64,000 nt of DNA from Squalus acanthias. Taxonomy: Eukaryota. Under the pieces are notes generated by a model. The model made no database searches. It was not told where the DNA came from and was given only the letters and a program-made list of their open reading frames with translations. The stretch is taken from the NCBI GenBank assembly GCA_030390025.1, contig CM059432.1, forward strand, positions 104,100,001-104,164,000, in the 5' to 3' direction. Position numbers and translations under genes: made by a program. Every line of letters begins with the position of its first letter. The first letter of the stretch is position 1. Positions 52,676-64,000 of this stretch are shown one piece after another.

Positions 52676-53399
52676 GGCCCAGAAATTGATCTCGCTCTGT
52701 TCCCGCGGGGGTAAGGAGCAGGCGCGATCTCTCACTCCGCGTTGGCTTTTTCAGATCCAGCTCGCACGAACTTGATGTTCTAGACATCAGCTGGGCAGTG
52801 CTTGCGTATCCCACCGGCGTAGTGAATTCGTGCGCGCTGTGGGATCACGTGACTCAGTTAGAGCCAATGGCAGCACACCATCTTCCATTCATAAGTTTCA
52901 CATACGTGCTGTGAAAGCTATGAATCTTACACCCCCCCAAAATAACAGCTAAACCTCAATTAAATTTAAAAAAACCATCACATTAATAAAATAAGTATAG
53001 TTAAATAAATTAACCATTTTAAATAAAAAATTTAAAATCTTTTAAAAAGTTATAAAAATAAACTTACCTGTCTTTAAAGTCTCTAAAAAAGATATACCTG
53101 TTAAAAAAAATTCAAAATAATACTTAATTCACTACTTACCTTGTTAAAAGTGGGTCTTACTCCTCCTTTTTCCATTTCTAAAATCTTCCGTCCTTACCTG
53201 CGCGTCCAAAGCACTAAGTGCACAGCGTGCGCGCAGCCTGTAGCGCGCACGCGGTGCACCGAGGAACCGCCCCCTTTTCCAAAGACCAAGTGCCGCTTTT
53301 CAGCGCATGCGCAGTGCATGCAGAAAACCGGCAATTGGAGAGAGAATACGAGAGAGTACGCAGTGCGTACTCTCGCGCAGCGGGATCAATTTTTGGCCC
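52676..53399. mobile_element. 724-bp MITE, inverted near-identical copy of 36694-37415, nested in CR1
   Basis: TIRs ggcccagaaattgatc / gatcaatttttggccc. Flanks att/aat. CR1 sequence resumes on both sides. Confidence 0.9.
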
Positions 53400-56116
53400 A
53401 ATGTCTGCATCATCCCTCTCTTTTGTGAAGACAGACGCAAAGTACCCATTAAGAACCATACCCACATCTTCCACCTCCACACACAGGTCTCTAAGAGGCC
53501 CTACTCTTTCCTTAGTTATCCTCTTGCACTTTATGTATTTATAAAACATCTTTGGGTTTTCCTTGATGTTACTTGCCAATATTTTTTCATGCCCTCTCTT
53601 TGCTTTCTTAATTTACTTTTTAATTTCACCCCTATACCCCTTTCACTTTCTATACTCCTCTGGGCTTTCTGCAGTATTTAGCTCTCAGTAACTGACATAA
53701 GCTTCCCTTTTTTGCCTTATCCTACCCTGTATGCCCCTTGACATTATGGCTCCAGGGGGCTCTAGATTTGGGAGTCCCACCCTTTTTCTTTGTGGGAACA
53801 TATTTGCTCTGAACCCTCACGATCTCCTCCTTGAATGCCTCCCATTGCTCTGACACGGAGTTACCTTCAAGTAGCTGTTTCCAGTCCACTTTTGCTAAAT
53901 CACATCTCAGCTTAATAAAATTGGCCTTTCCCCAATTGAGAACTTTTACTCCTGGTCTATCTTTGTCCTTTTCCATAACTACGTTAAATCTAACTGAATT
54001 ATGATCACTACCACCAAAATGCTCTGCCACGGATACCCCTACCCCTTCCACCTGCCCAGCTTCATTCCCTAAAACTAAGTCCAGAACCGCCCCCTCTCTT
54101 GTTGGACTTGCTACGTACTGGCTAAAAAAAAGTTCTCCTGAATGCATTTTAAGAATTCTGTGCCCTCTATACCTTTTACACTGATTCTATTCCAGTTAAT
54201 ATTAGGGTAGTTGAAATCCCCTACTATTACTGCCCTATTGTTTTTGCACTTCAGAAATCTGACTACATATTTGTTCTTCTATCTCCCTCTGACTATTTGG
54301 GGGTCTATAGTACACTCCCAGCAGTGTGATTGCCCCTTTTTAGTTCTTCAGTTCAACCCCTGTGGCCTCATTTGATGATCCTAACATATCATCCCTCCTC
54401 ACAGCTGTAATTGTTTCTTTAACCAATATTGCAAACCCCCCCATCTTTTTTATCCCCCTCTCCATCTCATCTGAAAACCTTGTAACCAGGAATGTTGAGC
54501 TGCCATTCCTGCCCTTCTTTCAGCCATGTTTCAGTAATAGCTACGATATCCTACTTCCACGTGTCCTCAGCTCATCTGCCTTATTTACTAGGCTCCTTGC
54601 ATTGAAGTATATCCTATTAAGCAGTGCCAAACCCCTTTGTTGTCTATTTTCTAGCTTTTGTTTCCTCTGCTTTCCATACTGTCTTCCATTTCCAGCTTGC
54701 ATTCTCTCCCTTCTGAATCTATGCTCAGGTTCCCATCCCCTTGCCAAGCTCGTTTAAACCCTCCCCAACAGCACTAGCAAACCTCCCGAGAGGATATTGG
54801 TCCCAGCCCTGTTACGGTGCAACCCGTCCGGCTTGTACAGGTCCCACCTCCCCCAGCACCAGTCCCAATGCCTCAGGAATCTAAAGCGCTCCATCCTGCA
54901 CCATCTCGCCCGCCACGCATTCACCTGCTCTATCCTCCTATTTCTGTACTCACTTGCATGTGGCACCGGGAGTAATCCGGAGATTACGACCTTTGAGGTC
55001 CTGCTTCTTAATCTCTTTCCTAGCTCCCTAAAGTCCGCCTGCAGGACCTCATCCCTCTTTCTACCTATGTCATCGGTACCGATATGGACCACGACCTCTG
55101 GCTGTTCACCCTCTCCCCTCAGAATGTCCTGCAGCCGCTCAGCGACATCCTGTCGGTGGAGCAAAGGAAATTTAATCTCAAGTAAAATTTGACTGTGAAA
55201 TCATCCCGCTCTCATTTTGCAAATTCTGGTTTATATCAAAACTACAGTACAAGAACCAGCACAATGAAAATTTGTCCGAAAGGAAAAAATCAAATGCCAC
55301 CACTAGCCTATGAGTAACACTAGTCACATGGTACCAACATGAAACCTTTAAAAATAAATTCTGATATTTAATGGTTTTGCCTTCAAACCTGTATTATTGG
55401 AGCCAGAATGGCATGAACATTCCACTTCACCAGCATGGATAGTGACTTTTGATTGTGCCAAAAATAAATTTAATCAAGTTGCCAAGAAGACATCTTCACA
55501 TTTCTAGATCTGGGGGGGCCAGTTTAAAGGACTATAATGATATTTTCACACAAGCAACATTGTTCTCTCCAAAATTGACTCTTGCTCTCTGGATTCCTCC
55601 CCACTCAACTCCCGATCACTTACATTACTCCTGGCCTCTATGTTAGCTGAAACCGTTACCAGTTTCCCTTTCTCAGACACCATACCTGCCCCTTCAAAAC
55701 TATTCTTATTAATCTCAAACAGAGTAGTGGTCCCAACACTACTGGGGGACACCACTGCATACTTCCCTCCATTAAATCCCTCCAGACTGGCAGAAGTCAC
55801 GAATGACATCTTTCTGTGACTGCCGTGCATTACCTCTCCTTGCTCTCCTTAATCTTCCTGCAGCATTTTTCACTGTTGATCATGTTGCCCTCCTCCACAA
55901 TTCAGTTCCAGGGGACTGCTCATGCATAGTGACGTAAGAAAACTACTAGGCACTTGGTCTAAGCGTTAAACAAAGCTTTAATCAACTGTTTTTCAACATG
56001 GAGATCTAGTTGTGTCCTTCACTAGTTCCTGTTGAGGAATGTCCTAAGCAAGCTTGGCCCATGCCCAAGTATTTATACTCTCCCTGGACAGCACCAGCAG
56101 GCCACCCAGTATTACT

Positions 56117-59100
56117 TCATACAAGATTCATGTCATTCTTCCCGCCTGAACGATTGGAAGTCCGGCGGCTTCCTTCTACCGAATTAGCCGGACTAAGAAT
56201 AGACGCAGTCGTTTGGATTTCCGTTGGCAGCCGGAAGGCACGTCTCCTCGGACTGTGTTTTGGTCCCTGGGTTGCTTGGTTCGTACTGGCAGGGTCCGTG
56301 TCGCCTTGATCGACCTGAGGGGGACTGGGGAGATTGTGGCTTCGGGTGCGGGTCCCCACCGGCGCAGAGCTGGCTTCATCCTGCTCAGTAGCCGGTGATT
56401 GACTGGCGTCCTGGCTTCGGGTGGCCATCCCGCGGGGAGCGCTCTCTTCCCCGGGTTGATCCAGCGGAGTAGCTGGCAGATCCCTTGATGTCCCGGGTAG
56501 GGCGTCATCCTCAGAGGAGCGCGGAGTATCAGCGTCGTTAATAAGGATCTCTCTATCGATTGGGTCCATCGGACCGGTTGGGCAGGGAGCCAGATCCCGA
56601 AGTGAAACTGTGGACTCGCGGCCATCAGGGTACCGCACGTATGCGTATGTAGGATTGACATCCGTTAGTTCCACCTCATCGACGAGGGGATCACTCTTGG
56701 AAGATCGGACGAATCTTCGGAGCAGCACGGAGCCAGGAGCTGCCAACCATGATGGTAGGGACGTCTCATGAGTGGAGCGACGCTGGAACCCGAAGAATCG
56801 TTCGTGAGGAGTAACATTGGTGGATGTAGAAAGAAGAGACCTGATGGAATGCAATGCGTCAGGGAGCATAGTTTCCCACTGCTGGTCTGGTAGATTGCGT
56901 GACCTCAGTGCAAGACGAACAGCGTTCCAAATGATAACGTTGTATCTCTCAACCTGTCCGTTTCCAATAGGATGATACGGTGTAATTTTACTTGTGGCGA
57001 TTCCCCGTTGGGAAAGATAACTTTTGAGTTCGCTTGACATGAAGGAGGGACCCCGATCAGAGTGGATGAAATTGGCCGTACCGCAAAGGGAAAAGACCTG
57101 ATCGAGGCATTTGATCACTGTGGAAGTAAGCATATTGGGACAGGGGAAAGCAAAGGGAAAGCGTGAATATTCGTCCACCATAGTAAGCAAGTAGGTGTTT
57201 CGCGTTGAGGAAGGCAATGGCCCTTTAAAGTCAATGCTGAGTTGCTGCATAGGCTGTGTAGCGTGTATGAGCGAGCCATCCGACGGACGGAAGAATTGCG
57301 GTTTTAATTCCGTGCAAATTCTACAAGTGGAGCATGTTCTTTTCATGTCTTCCGTAGAAAATGGGAGATTTTTAGATCGCACAAAGTGCAACATACGCCA
57401 GGATGGCATAAGTCCGTATGAAGATCTTCAAGAGTCGAAGTTGACATGGAAGAGCAGAATGCACGCGTGAGGGTATCCGGGGCCACATTATCCTTGCCGG
57501 GTCGATACTGTATGGTGTAGCCAAAGGCGGCCAATTCCATCCTCCAGAGCTGTATTTTGTTATTCTTGATTTTAGTGCGTTTCCGGTTATCCAGCATAAA
57601 GGCCACCAAGCGCTGATCGGTTATGAGCGTGAAATGGCGACGAGCGAGAAAATGACTCCATTTACGTACTGCTTCGATGATAGCCGTAGCCTCCTTCTCG
57701 ACAGGAGGATAATGGAGCTCGCTACCCTGCAAAGTTCTAGACAGAAATGCAACGGGTCGACCGCCTTGATTCAAGGTAGCCGAGATCGCCACCTCCGATG
57801 CATCGCACTCGACCACGAAAGGGAGATTTTCATCGATGGAATGAAGCGCGGCTTTTTCCAGTTGTTGCTTGAGGAGGTCGAAAGCTGAAATAGCCCTCGC
57901 CTCCAACGGAAATGACTTTGCGTGAAGCAGGGGCTGGATCTTGTCGGAAAAGTGAGGTATCCACTTCGCATAATAGGCGAACATGCAGAGGGCCCGACGA
58001 AGAGAGCCGAGATTCGTAGGAGGAGGGAGCTCCTGAAGCGGACGAAATCGCTCCGGATCCTGTTTGATGACACCATTGCCCACCCAGTAGCCAAGGATGT
58101 TGACTGATGGTACTGATTTCACAGATTTGGACTCATTTAAGGTTAAGTTGCGACGACGGAGAACGTCAAGAAATTTCTGGAGGTTGGCATCATGCTCCTT
58201 CTGGTCATGACCAGCAATGGTGATATTATCCAGATATGGAAAAGTGTCTGTTAAGTTCTCCTGTTTGACTAGGCTATCCATTGCCCGTTGAAAGACGGCC
58301 ACCCCATTGGTGACCCCGAATGGAAGGCGACGAAACTGGTAAAGCCGACCATTGTCCTCAAAAGCCGTATACTTTTTGTCAGAGTCCTTTAACGGTACTT
58401 GATGGTATGCGCTCTTTAAGTCAAAAGTTGAAAATACCTTGTAGTTAGCAAGGTTATTGACCATGTCATCGATGCGTGGTAGTGGGTAGGCATCCAGGTC
58501 GGTATACTGGTTAATAGTTTGCGAGTAATCGATGCAAAGACGTTTCTTGTGTTGCTTCAAAGGATTTTTAACAACGACGACTTGAGCCCGCCAGGAAGAT
58601 GAACATGGCTGAATGATACCGTCAGCTAGAAGGCGAGAGATCTCTGCCTCGATAAAGGACAGGTCATCTTGGCTGAAACGTCGTGATTTAGTGGCTATGG
58701 GCTTACATCCGGGGGGGGGGGGGGGGGGGGGGGGAAGATTGACAAACAAGGAGGGCTCGTCGAGCGAAGCCGCCGAAAGTGCACAAAACGGTACTTTGTA
58801 AATAGTAAGCTCCGGCTTTGATCCTCCAAACTCGAAAGTGAGTCTTTTGTGTTGTTTCTGGAAATCCTGTCCCAGGAGCACATCACTGCATAGGTTTTTG
58901 AGCACCCCGAGCCGGGTAGAGAAATAAGTGCGGCCATTGAGAATAAGATCGACAAGACAAAAGCCGTAATAGTTAGTAGTCAGTGTCGTCAGAGCCATTG
59001 CAATTTCCCTGTCCGAGGGGTAAATACGCAGTTTTAACTTACTGACAGCCTGCTCACTGATGAAGCTGTCAGAGCTGCATGAGTCGATTAATGCACTCAA

Positions 59101-60089
59101 AATGTGTCCATTTACCAAAACCTTCGTGGCTGCATGGGACAGGCTTTGGGGAAAAACAGCTGTGATGGGAGGAGGGGCAGTTTTATCCTCGACAGCTGTA
59201 ATATTAGTAGTGGCTCTTGGGGGAGGAGCAGTTTTATAGATGACAGCTGTAACATTAGTAGTAGCTCTTGGGGGAGGAGCAGTTTTATAGGGAGAAGCTG
59301 TAACCCTAGAAGAGGCTCTTGACTGACATACTTTCGAGAAGTGGCCTTTCTTACTGCAATGATTGCAGATTGCATTACGAGCAGGACAAAATTTCCAATA
59401 ATGAAATGCACCTCCACAGAAGAAACACTTCCTTTTAGATTGCCAAGATGCCGCTAGGGTAGGGTCGTCATCAGCTAGGATAGAGTCATCAGTGAAGGCT
59501 TCCGCCTGAGGCTTATCGGAGGAGTCACTAAAAGTGATAGCAGCAGTCCGTGCACGTGGTAAAAGATAGGCATCTGCATTTTTTTTGCCAAGTCCAGAGA
59601 ATATGCCTGGTCATAGGCAGCTTGTAACTCGAGGGTTTTATTCTCCAGCAGATGCTGGCGTATGAAGGGAGACGCAATTCCATTAATAAAAGAATCACGA
59701 ATTAACTCCTCCTGGTACTGCTCAGCTGAGACAGCCTTGAGATTACAATCTTTGCTGTGCCTGCGAAGCTTTTGAAGGAATTCGTCAAGTGATACCCCGG
59801 GTTGTTGTTGAGTTGTGGCCAGTAGATGCCGAGCAAAAATTTCATTTGGGGCCTTAACATATAGTTGCTGTAGTATTCGGATAACGGAGTCATAGTTTAC
59901 ACAGTCTTCAATATAGTCAAACACATAAGGGGATACATAATTGGCAAGTATCTCTCATTTATCAGGAACATTCTCACCACATGCCCGGAGGTAGTTGCTG
60001 AAGGTACGATACCAGTGTTTCCATACCTTAGCAGTTGTCGGTGAATTCGGGTCCAGGTCAAGACGGGTGGGTCGGAGTAGTTTCTCCAT
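56117..60089 (-). pseudogene. Single gag-pol polyprotein of the Gypsy element (1 stop, 2 frameshifts)
   Basis: ATG at 60089 (MEKLLRPTRLDLDPNSPT). TGA at 59957-55; frameshift in the A-run at ~59580. Two CCHC knuckles in frame with PR (LIDSCSS), RT (LPFGVTNG, YLDN) and RNase H (CDASE, EKEA, TDQ). Frameshift at ~57395. IN with HHCC and D(SIDF)-D(HSDRG)-E(QVERYN). Confidence 0.95.
59167..59321 (-). repeat. 51-bp (17-aa) tandem repeat x3 between the NC knuckles and the protease
   Basis: gcagttttat recurs at 59177, 59228 and 59279; the unit encodes KTAPPPRATTNVTAVIY-like peptides. Confidence 0.9.
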
Positions 60090-60513
60090 GATGGATTGAT
60101 TACCATATCTGGTTCCCTTCTACCGTTTGAGTCGTAGCCGTCTGTTCCCAAAACTACTCAGAGCGTGGAGCAGGTCCAGTTGATTAAATTGACATAAGAA
60201 AACTACCAGGCACTTGGTCTAAGCGTTAAACAAAGCTTTAATCAACTGTTTTCCAACATGGAGATCTAGTTGTGTCCTTCACTAGTTCCTGTTGAGGAAT
60301 GTCCTAAGCAAGCTGGGCCCATGCCCGAGTATTTATACTCTCCCTGGACAGCGCCACCAGCAGGCCACCCAGTATTACTTCATACAAGATTCATGTCACA
60401 CAGTTCTACTCCTACCTAACAGCTAATACACCACCAGCAACAGCTTCGCTTCCCTTCCCCACCATCCAAGTCCCCCAAAAGGTCTACTGGTGCCCCATTC
60501 TTATTTTATCTAT

Positions 60514-60870
60514 GGAAGCGACTGCTGCCAACGAACTGGAAACGGTCAGCGCATGCACGCTGTCGGTTCGTCACAGGAGCAGGTGCCTTAAAAAAAAATG
60601 TAAAGGCCGGGAAGGGAGCGAGCTGGCGAAAAGGCCGGGAAGGGAGCGAGCTGGCGAAAAGGCCGGGAAGGGAGCGAGCTGGCGAAAAAGCCGGGAAGGG
60701 AGCGAGCTGGCGAAAAGGCCGGGAAGGGAGCGAGCTGGCGAAAAGGCCGGGAAGGGAGCGAGCTCGTTAGCATGCTCGTTCTTAAAAAAGCAGAAACATC
60801 ATGCTTCCGGTTGTTGGAGTGCGCAGTACACTTCTGCACAGCTTCTGGTTCGTTGGCAGCAGTCACTCCG
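60514..60870. mobile_element. Unclassified non-autonomous TIR-like element containing a minisatellite
   Basis: ~25-bp imperfect inverted ends agcgactgctgccaacgaactggaa / ttctggttcgttggcagcagtcact. Flanking 10-bp duplication cttattttat at 60500-09 and 60871-80. CpG-rich. Confidence 0.7.
60602..60764 (+). repeat. 28-bp minisatellite, ~5.8 copies
   Basis: Unit aaaggccgggaagggagcgagctggcga, with a single variant copy. Confidence 0.97.
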
Positions 60871-62908
60871 CTTATTTATATGCTGCTCATCGGTGACATC
60901 ATCTGCAGGCATGAATCAATTTCTACAGAAATGCCAACACCACAGAGCTCCATTTCTCCACCACTTATCTTGACCCTGCAACCACCTCTACACTGTCACA
61001 GTCTGACTGTCTGACCTCAAATCATAATGAGTCACAACTTACTTCAGTGAGCGTCAGGAAGACCAAGTCATCGTTTTAGCATACACCACAAACTCTGCTC
61101 CCTTTCCATTGACTCCATCCCTCTCCGTGGCCACTCAATCAGGCTAAGGACAGTGCAAAACCTTGGCAGCCTGTTCAACCCTAAGGCTTCAAACTCAACA
61201 TTCGCTCCATTATCAAGACCACTTATTTCCATCTCTATAATATTGCCCAACTCATCCCCTACCTCGGTACTTCCACCTCTGTAACCCTTATCCATGCCCA
61301 AAATGGAGCAGTCTGTATCCATCTCCATGCTGCCACAGTCTCATTGTCTGACCTCAAGTCATAATGAATCACAACTTACTTCAGTGAACATCAGGAAGAC
61401 CAAGCCATCACTTTAGCACACACCAGTGTGTATCCTGTCCACTCTAAGTTCCGCTTAACCATCACTCTCATTGTTGAAGACTTAAACTGGGCTTCAGTCC
61501 CGCAAAGTATTAAATCCCTCTGTAACCTTGCCCCATCACACCTCAGCAACCTCTTCCAGACTTTAAACTTCTCTCACCCTTGCTTTCGGACTCTGGACTC
61601 CTGTACATCCCCCCTTTCATTGCAGCCAACTCGGCCTTGCTCTCTGGAACTCCCTCCCTGAATCCCTCTGCCTCTCTACTTCTCTCTCCCCTTAAAAATC
61701 CTCTCAACGCCCATCTTTTCACCCAAGCCTCCAGTCATCGCTCCTAACCTCAGACAGCTTGCCATTCTGTTCCTCTAATTATTACTCTGTAAAGTGACTT
61801 TTTAAAGTTTCTTGGTGCTCGAAAATTGACTTGTAAAATAATTATTTTTTGTTGTGATCACCATTTTCCACATTACCAGCAAAGTACTGTTGTGCTACCA
61901 GTGCCATGCAAGGCATTTCATGGCAACAATATTTAACCTTCAATTCCCAATTATACGGTCACGTTAATCAACTGTTTTGTTTATGCTATATCCTCTCACA
62001 TTTCTACGCCAATCCTGACATGCTGAGCAGAGGCTTTCACTGGTTATTCAGTTACAATGAGAAACCAAATTAAATTGAATACTGGTTGTAGCAGGAAAAG
62101 TTTTAATAGAATGGGCAAGTTATGGATCAGGTATCACTAGAATATCTGGCTACACAGAAAAAAAATCTTGTTGACTTGTTCAGATGGCTCCTAAGTCGTA
62201 TGGTTAAGCTCAAAACAGATTATTAAACAAGCCTCCAGTTATATAATTGCCTTGAAATCAATCCAGAAAATCCTTTTCAATAATTTAAGTTAATTGTGAA
62301 GATTGGGAATGTTCTTTTATTTGACAGCAGCAGCTGCCATGGATAAGGAGTTGTCACATCCATGTCATTAGCGTGTAATGAAATCCACAGCAAAGAATTA
62401 TGATTTTTATCATCACTGCAAGTTTGATTGTTAATGAATAATTGACTACACACATCCATACTTAGAGTCATAATGGCACAGGAGGCCGCCATTCGGCCCA
62501 ACGAGTCCGTGCCGGCTCTCTGTAGAGCACTTACGTGGATCTCTCGTGGCATTTCGCAATGAGCTGGACGAGATGCTCTCTTTCTGTGTATTTACTATTT
62601 CCCTCATGTTTCTCCATCTTGTATTTCTCTCCCTTGTTTGTGTTTTTCTCTGTGCTGTTCTGCTTTTCATCATCGCCTCTTAGGTTTTACCACTCTCTGT
62701 CCTCCTGTGCTTCTCTTTCTCTCCAGATCTGTTGCTCTTCTACTTTTGCTTATTTCCATCATATTCTGCTCCTTCCTGTCTCTTCCATCTTTTGCTTATC
62801 TACATCTGTCCTCTTGTTTTTCTCTGTTCTCTCTTGCCCTTCTGTACTTTCATGTTGGGGCAGGTGGGGAGGCCGGGAAGGAATCCAACTAAGGCACCAG
62901 TCTACCTT

Positions 62909-63117
62909 AAATAAAAACAGAAAATGTTGGAAATACTCAGCCGGTCAGGCAGCATCTGTGGAGAAAGAAACAGAATCAACGTTTCAGGTCGATAACCTTT
63001 CATCGGAACCTGAAACGTTAACTCTGTTTCTCTCTCCACAGATGTTGCCTGACTGGAGTATTTCTAGCATTTTCTGTTTTTATTTCAGATTTCCAGCATC
63101 CACAGTATTTTGCTTTT
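62909..63117. mobile_element. PLE family A fold-back insertion (older)
   Basis: Inverted arms join at ~63009. Degenerate TSD gcaccagtctac / gcacctgtctac at 62894-905 and 63118-129. The left arm retains a mutated hammerhead core (CCGATGA...GAAACGTT on the minus strand). Confidence 0.82.
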
Positions 63118-64000
63118 GCACCTGTCTACATCTCTAGTCACAGGTGGTATGAGCAGGGGCCATGGACTGGCTTTAGATCGCAAGCCAATCAGGGTTGCAT
63201 CCAACCAAGAGCACAGGCCAGTTTTGGATTACCCAAAGAGATAGTCAATTATGCAAGACAAAATGAACACTGTCTGGATTTCTTTTTTTCCACTGATCAA
63301 AAATACAATTTCATTTTAAAATGTGAGCATTTACAATTACATATAAAAAAGCTAATGCTTTGAAAAAGGTCTTTAAGATGTCTGTAACTCCACTTTTGCG
63401 GTATGTAGTGACCTCCTCTGGTCTGCTCTGTTAATACAACAGCAATACAAAAGCTGCAATGCAGCGAACACTGGGGAAGAGTACAGTAGTTTTTAGTACA
63501 TTAAAGCTCAAATCAGCATTATGTTTTTGACTGAGCTCATGCTTTTATCTGAGCTCATGCTTTTATTTACTGGCTATGCTCAACAGCTGAAAGAAACAAT
63601 CCTCAATTTACAAATGACAAAATGATCATATCAAAGGATATATTACCATTACTGTCAGATAAAGAATGTGTCAGAATATTATTTTCTTACAATACTCTGA
63701 TTAATTACAAGTGGATTCCACTTCACTGGCATTTTTTTCCTACTGTATAGAATCACTTTCACAAATTCAAGTCTTCATGCAAGCTCTTTCTACTTCCCAC
63801 CTCCCTGTAAAATTTTAATACCAATTCCCAAGTTATTATTTTCCAATAAAACTATCATTTTGACAGTCTCAATATTTCAATAAAATAGAATAACCCTGTT
63901 ATGTATCAATTTTGCTGCAAGGTGTTTGGGATTATCAATGCAATTAAGTCCGCACTGTTGCTGTCTGATCATTGCTAATTAGGCAATACCATAAAAGTAG

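Larger units (their letters stand above)
51070..55152 (-). mobile_element. Long CR1 LINE (ORF1 SGNH esterase, APE endonuclease, RT, tail), disrupted, hosting RTE and MITE insertions
   Basis: 54754-55150 PEVVVHIGTDDIGRK...KVVISGLLPVP (CR1 ORF1 esterase). YFNARSLVNKADEL and PTREGAVLDLVL...GSDHNSVRF (APE). RPQLEYCVQFWSPHY (RT C-terminus). Tail at 51070-51130. Confidence 0.95.
55930..60398 (-). mobile_element. Full-length Ty3/Gypsy LTR retrotransposon, 4469 bp
   Basis: LTRs at 60190-60398 (5', 209 bp) and 55930-56135 (3', 206 bp) differ by 5 substitutions and one 3-bp indel. Termini TGACAT...ATGTCA. PPT caggcgggaagaa abuts the 3' LTR. Flanks catag/cacag (5-bp TSD with one mismatch). Domain order gag-PR-RT-RH-IN. 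Confidence 0.97.
55590..61830 (+). mobile_element. Old L2 fragment hosting the Gypsy element and the 60.5 kb TIR element
   Basis: L2 RT sequence ggggactgctcatgcatag|...|cacagttctactcctacc continues across the Gypsy insertion; further L2 homology to ~61800. Confidence 0.7.

Noticed and set aside
58711..58734. Poly-proline insert in pol / G-quadruplex
   Set aside because: A 24-G homopolymer like other G/C runs in the window (425, 26843, 42073); most likely slippage or sequencing error.
60602..60764. 28-bp repeats as a CRISPR array
   Set aside because: Head-to-tail units with no spacers, no cas genes, vertebrate context.
62535..63137. 200-aa ORF
   Set aside because: Low-complexity pyrimidine tract running into a PLE fold-back; no domain.
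63531..63566. 18-bp tandem duplication ctgagctcatgcttttat
   Set aside because: Ordinary local slippage duplication.
7324..64000. Upstream EIF3H exons or a nested host gene
   Set aside because: No ORF or by-eye match to eIF3h N-terminal sequence or other host proteins was found. The remaining short ORFs are TE-derived or random, but small exons could have been missed without alignment.

Overview
Vertebrate genomic DNA, most likely from an elasmobranch (shark/ray), judged from HE1-SINE/HER1-LINE-like, SacSINE1/DeuSINE-like, CR1 and L2 repeats. The only host coding sequence I can support is two minus-strand exons of EIF3H: 7156-7323 (168 bp) and 2736-2835 (100 bp). The rest appears intronic; 7324-64000 is probably one very long intron, because I did not find the upstream exon. 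The introns are packed with transposable elements. (1) A TIR-intact pogo/Tigger transposon (14978-17563) whose transposase closely resembles, from memory, the domesticated mammalian gene JRK/Jerky. (2) A compact full-length Gypsy LTR retrotransposon (55930-60398) with no tRNA primer-binding site, but a 12-nt PBS-position sequence complementary to its own LTR, plus YLDN/DSC active-site variants. (3) Two families of short Penelope-like insertions carrying minimal hammerhead-ribozyme cores, several as fold-back insertions with 13-15 bp TSDs. (4) ~723-bp AWT-target MITEs with hypervariable hairpin ends, hAT MITEs, and many LINE/SINE fragments. (5) An unexplained duplicated, apparently structured element at ~10.1/11.0 kb. 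Family names rest on recalled motifs and consensus sequences, not database searches.
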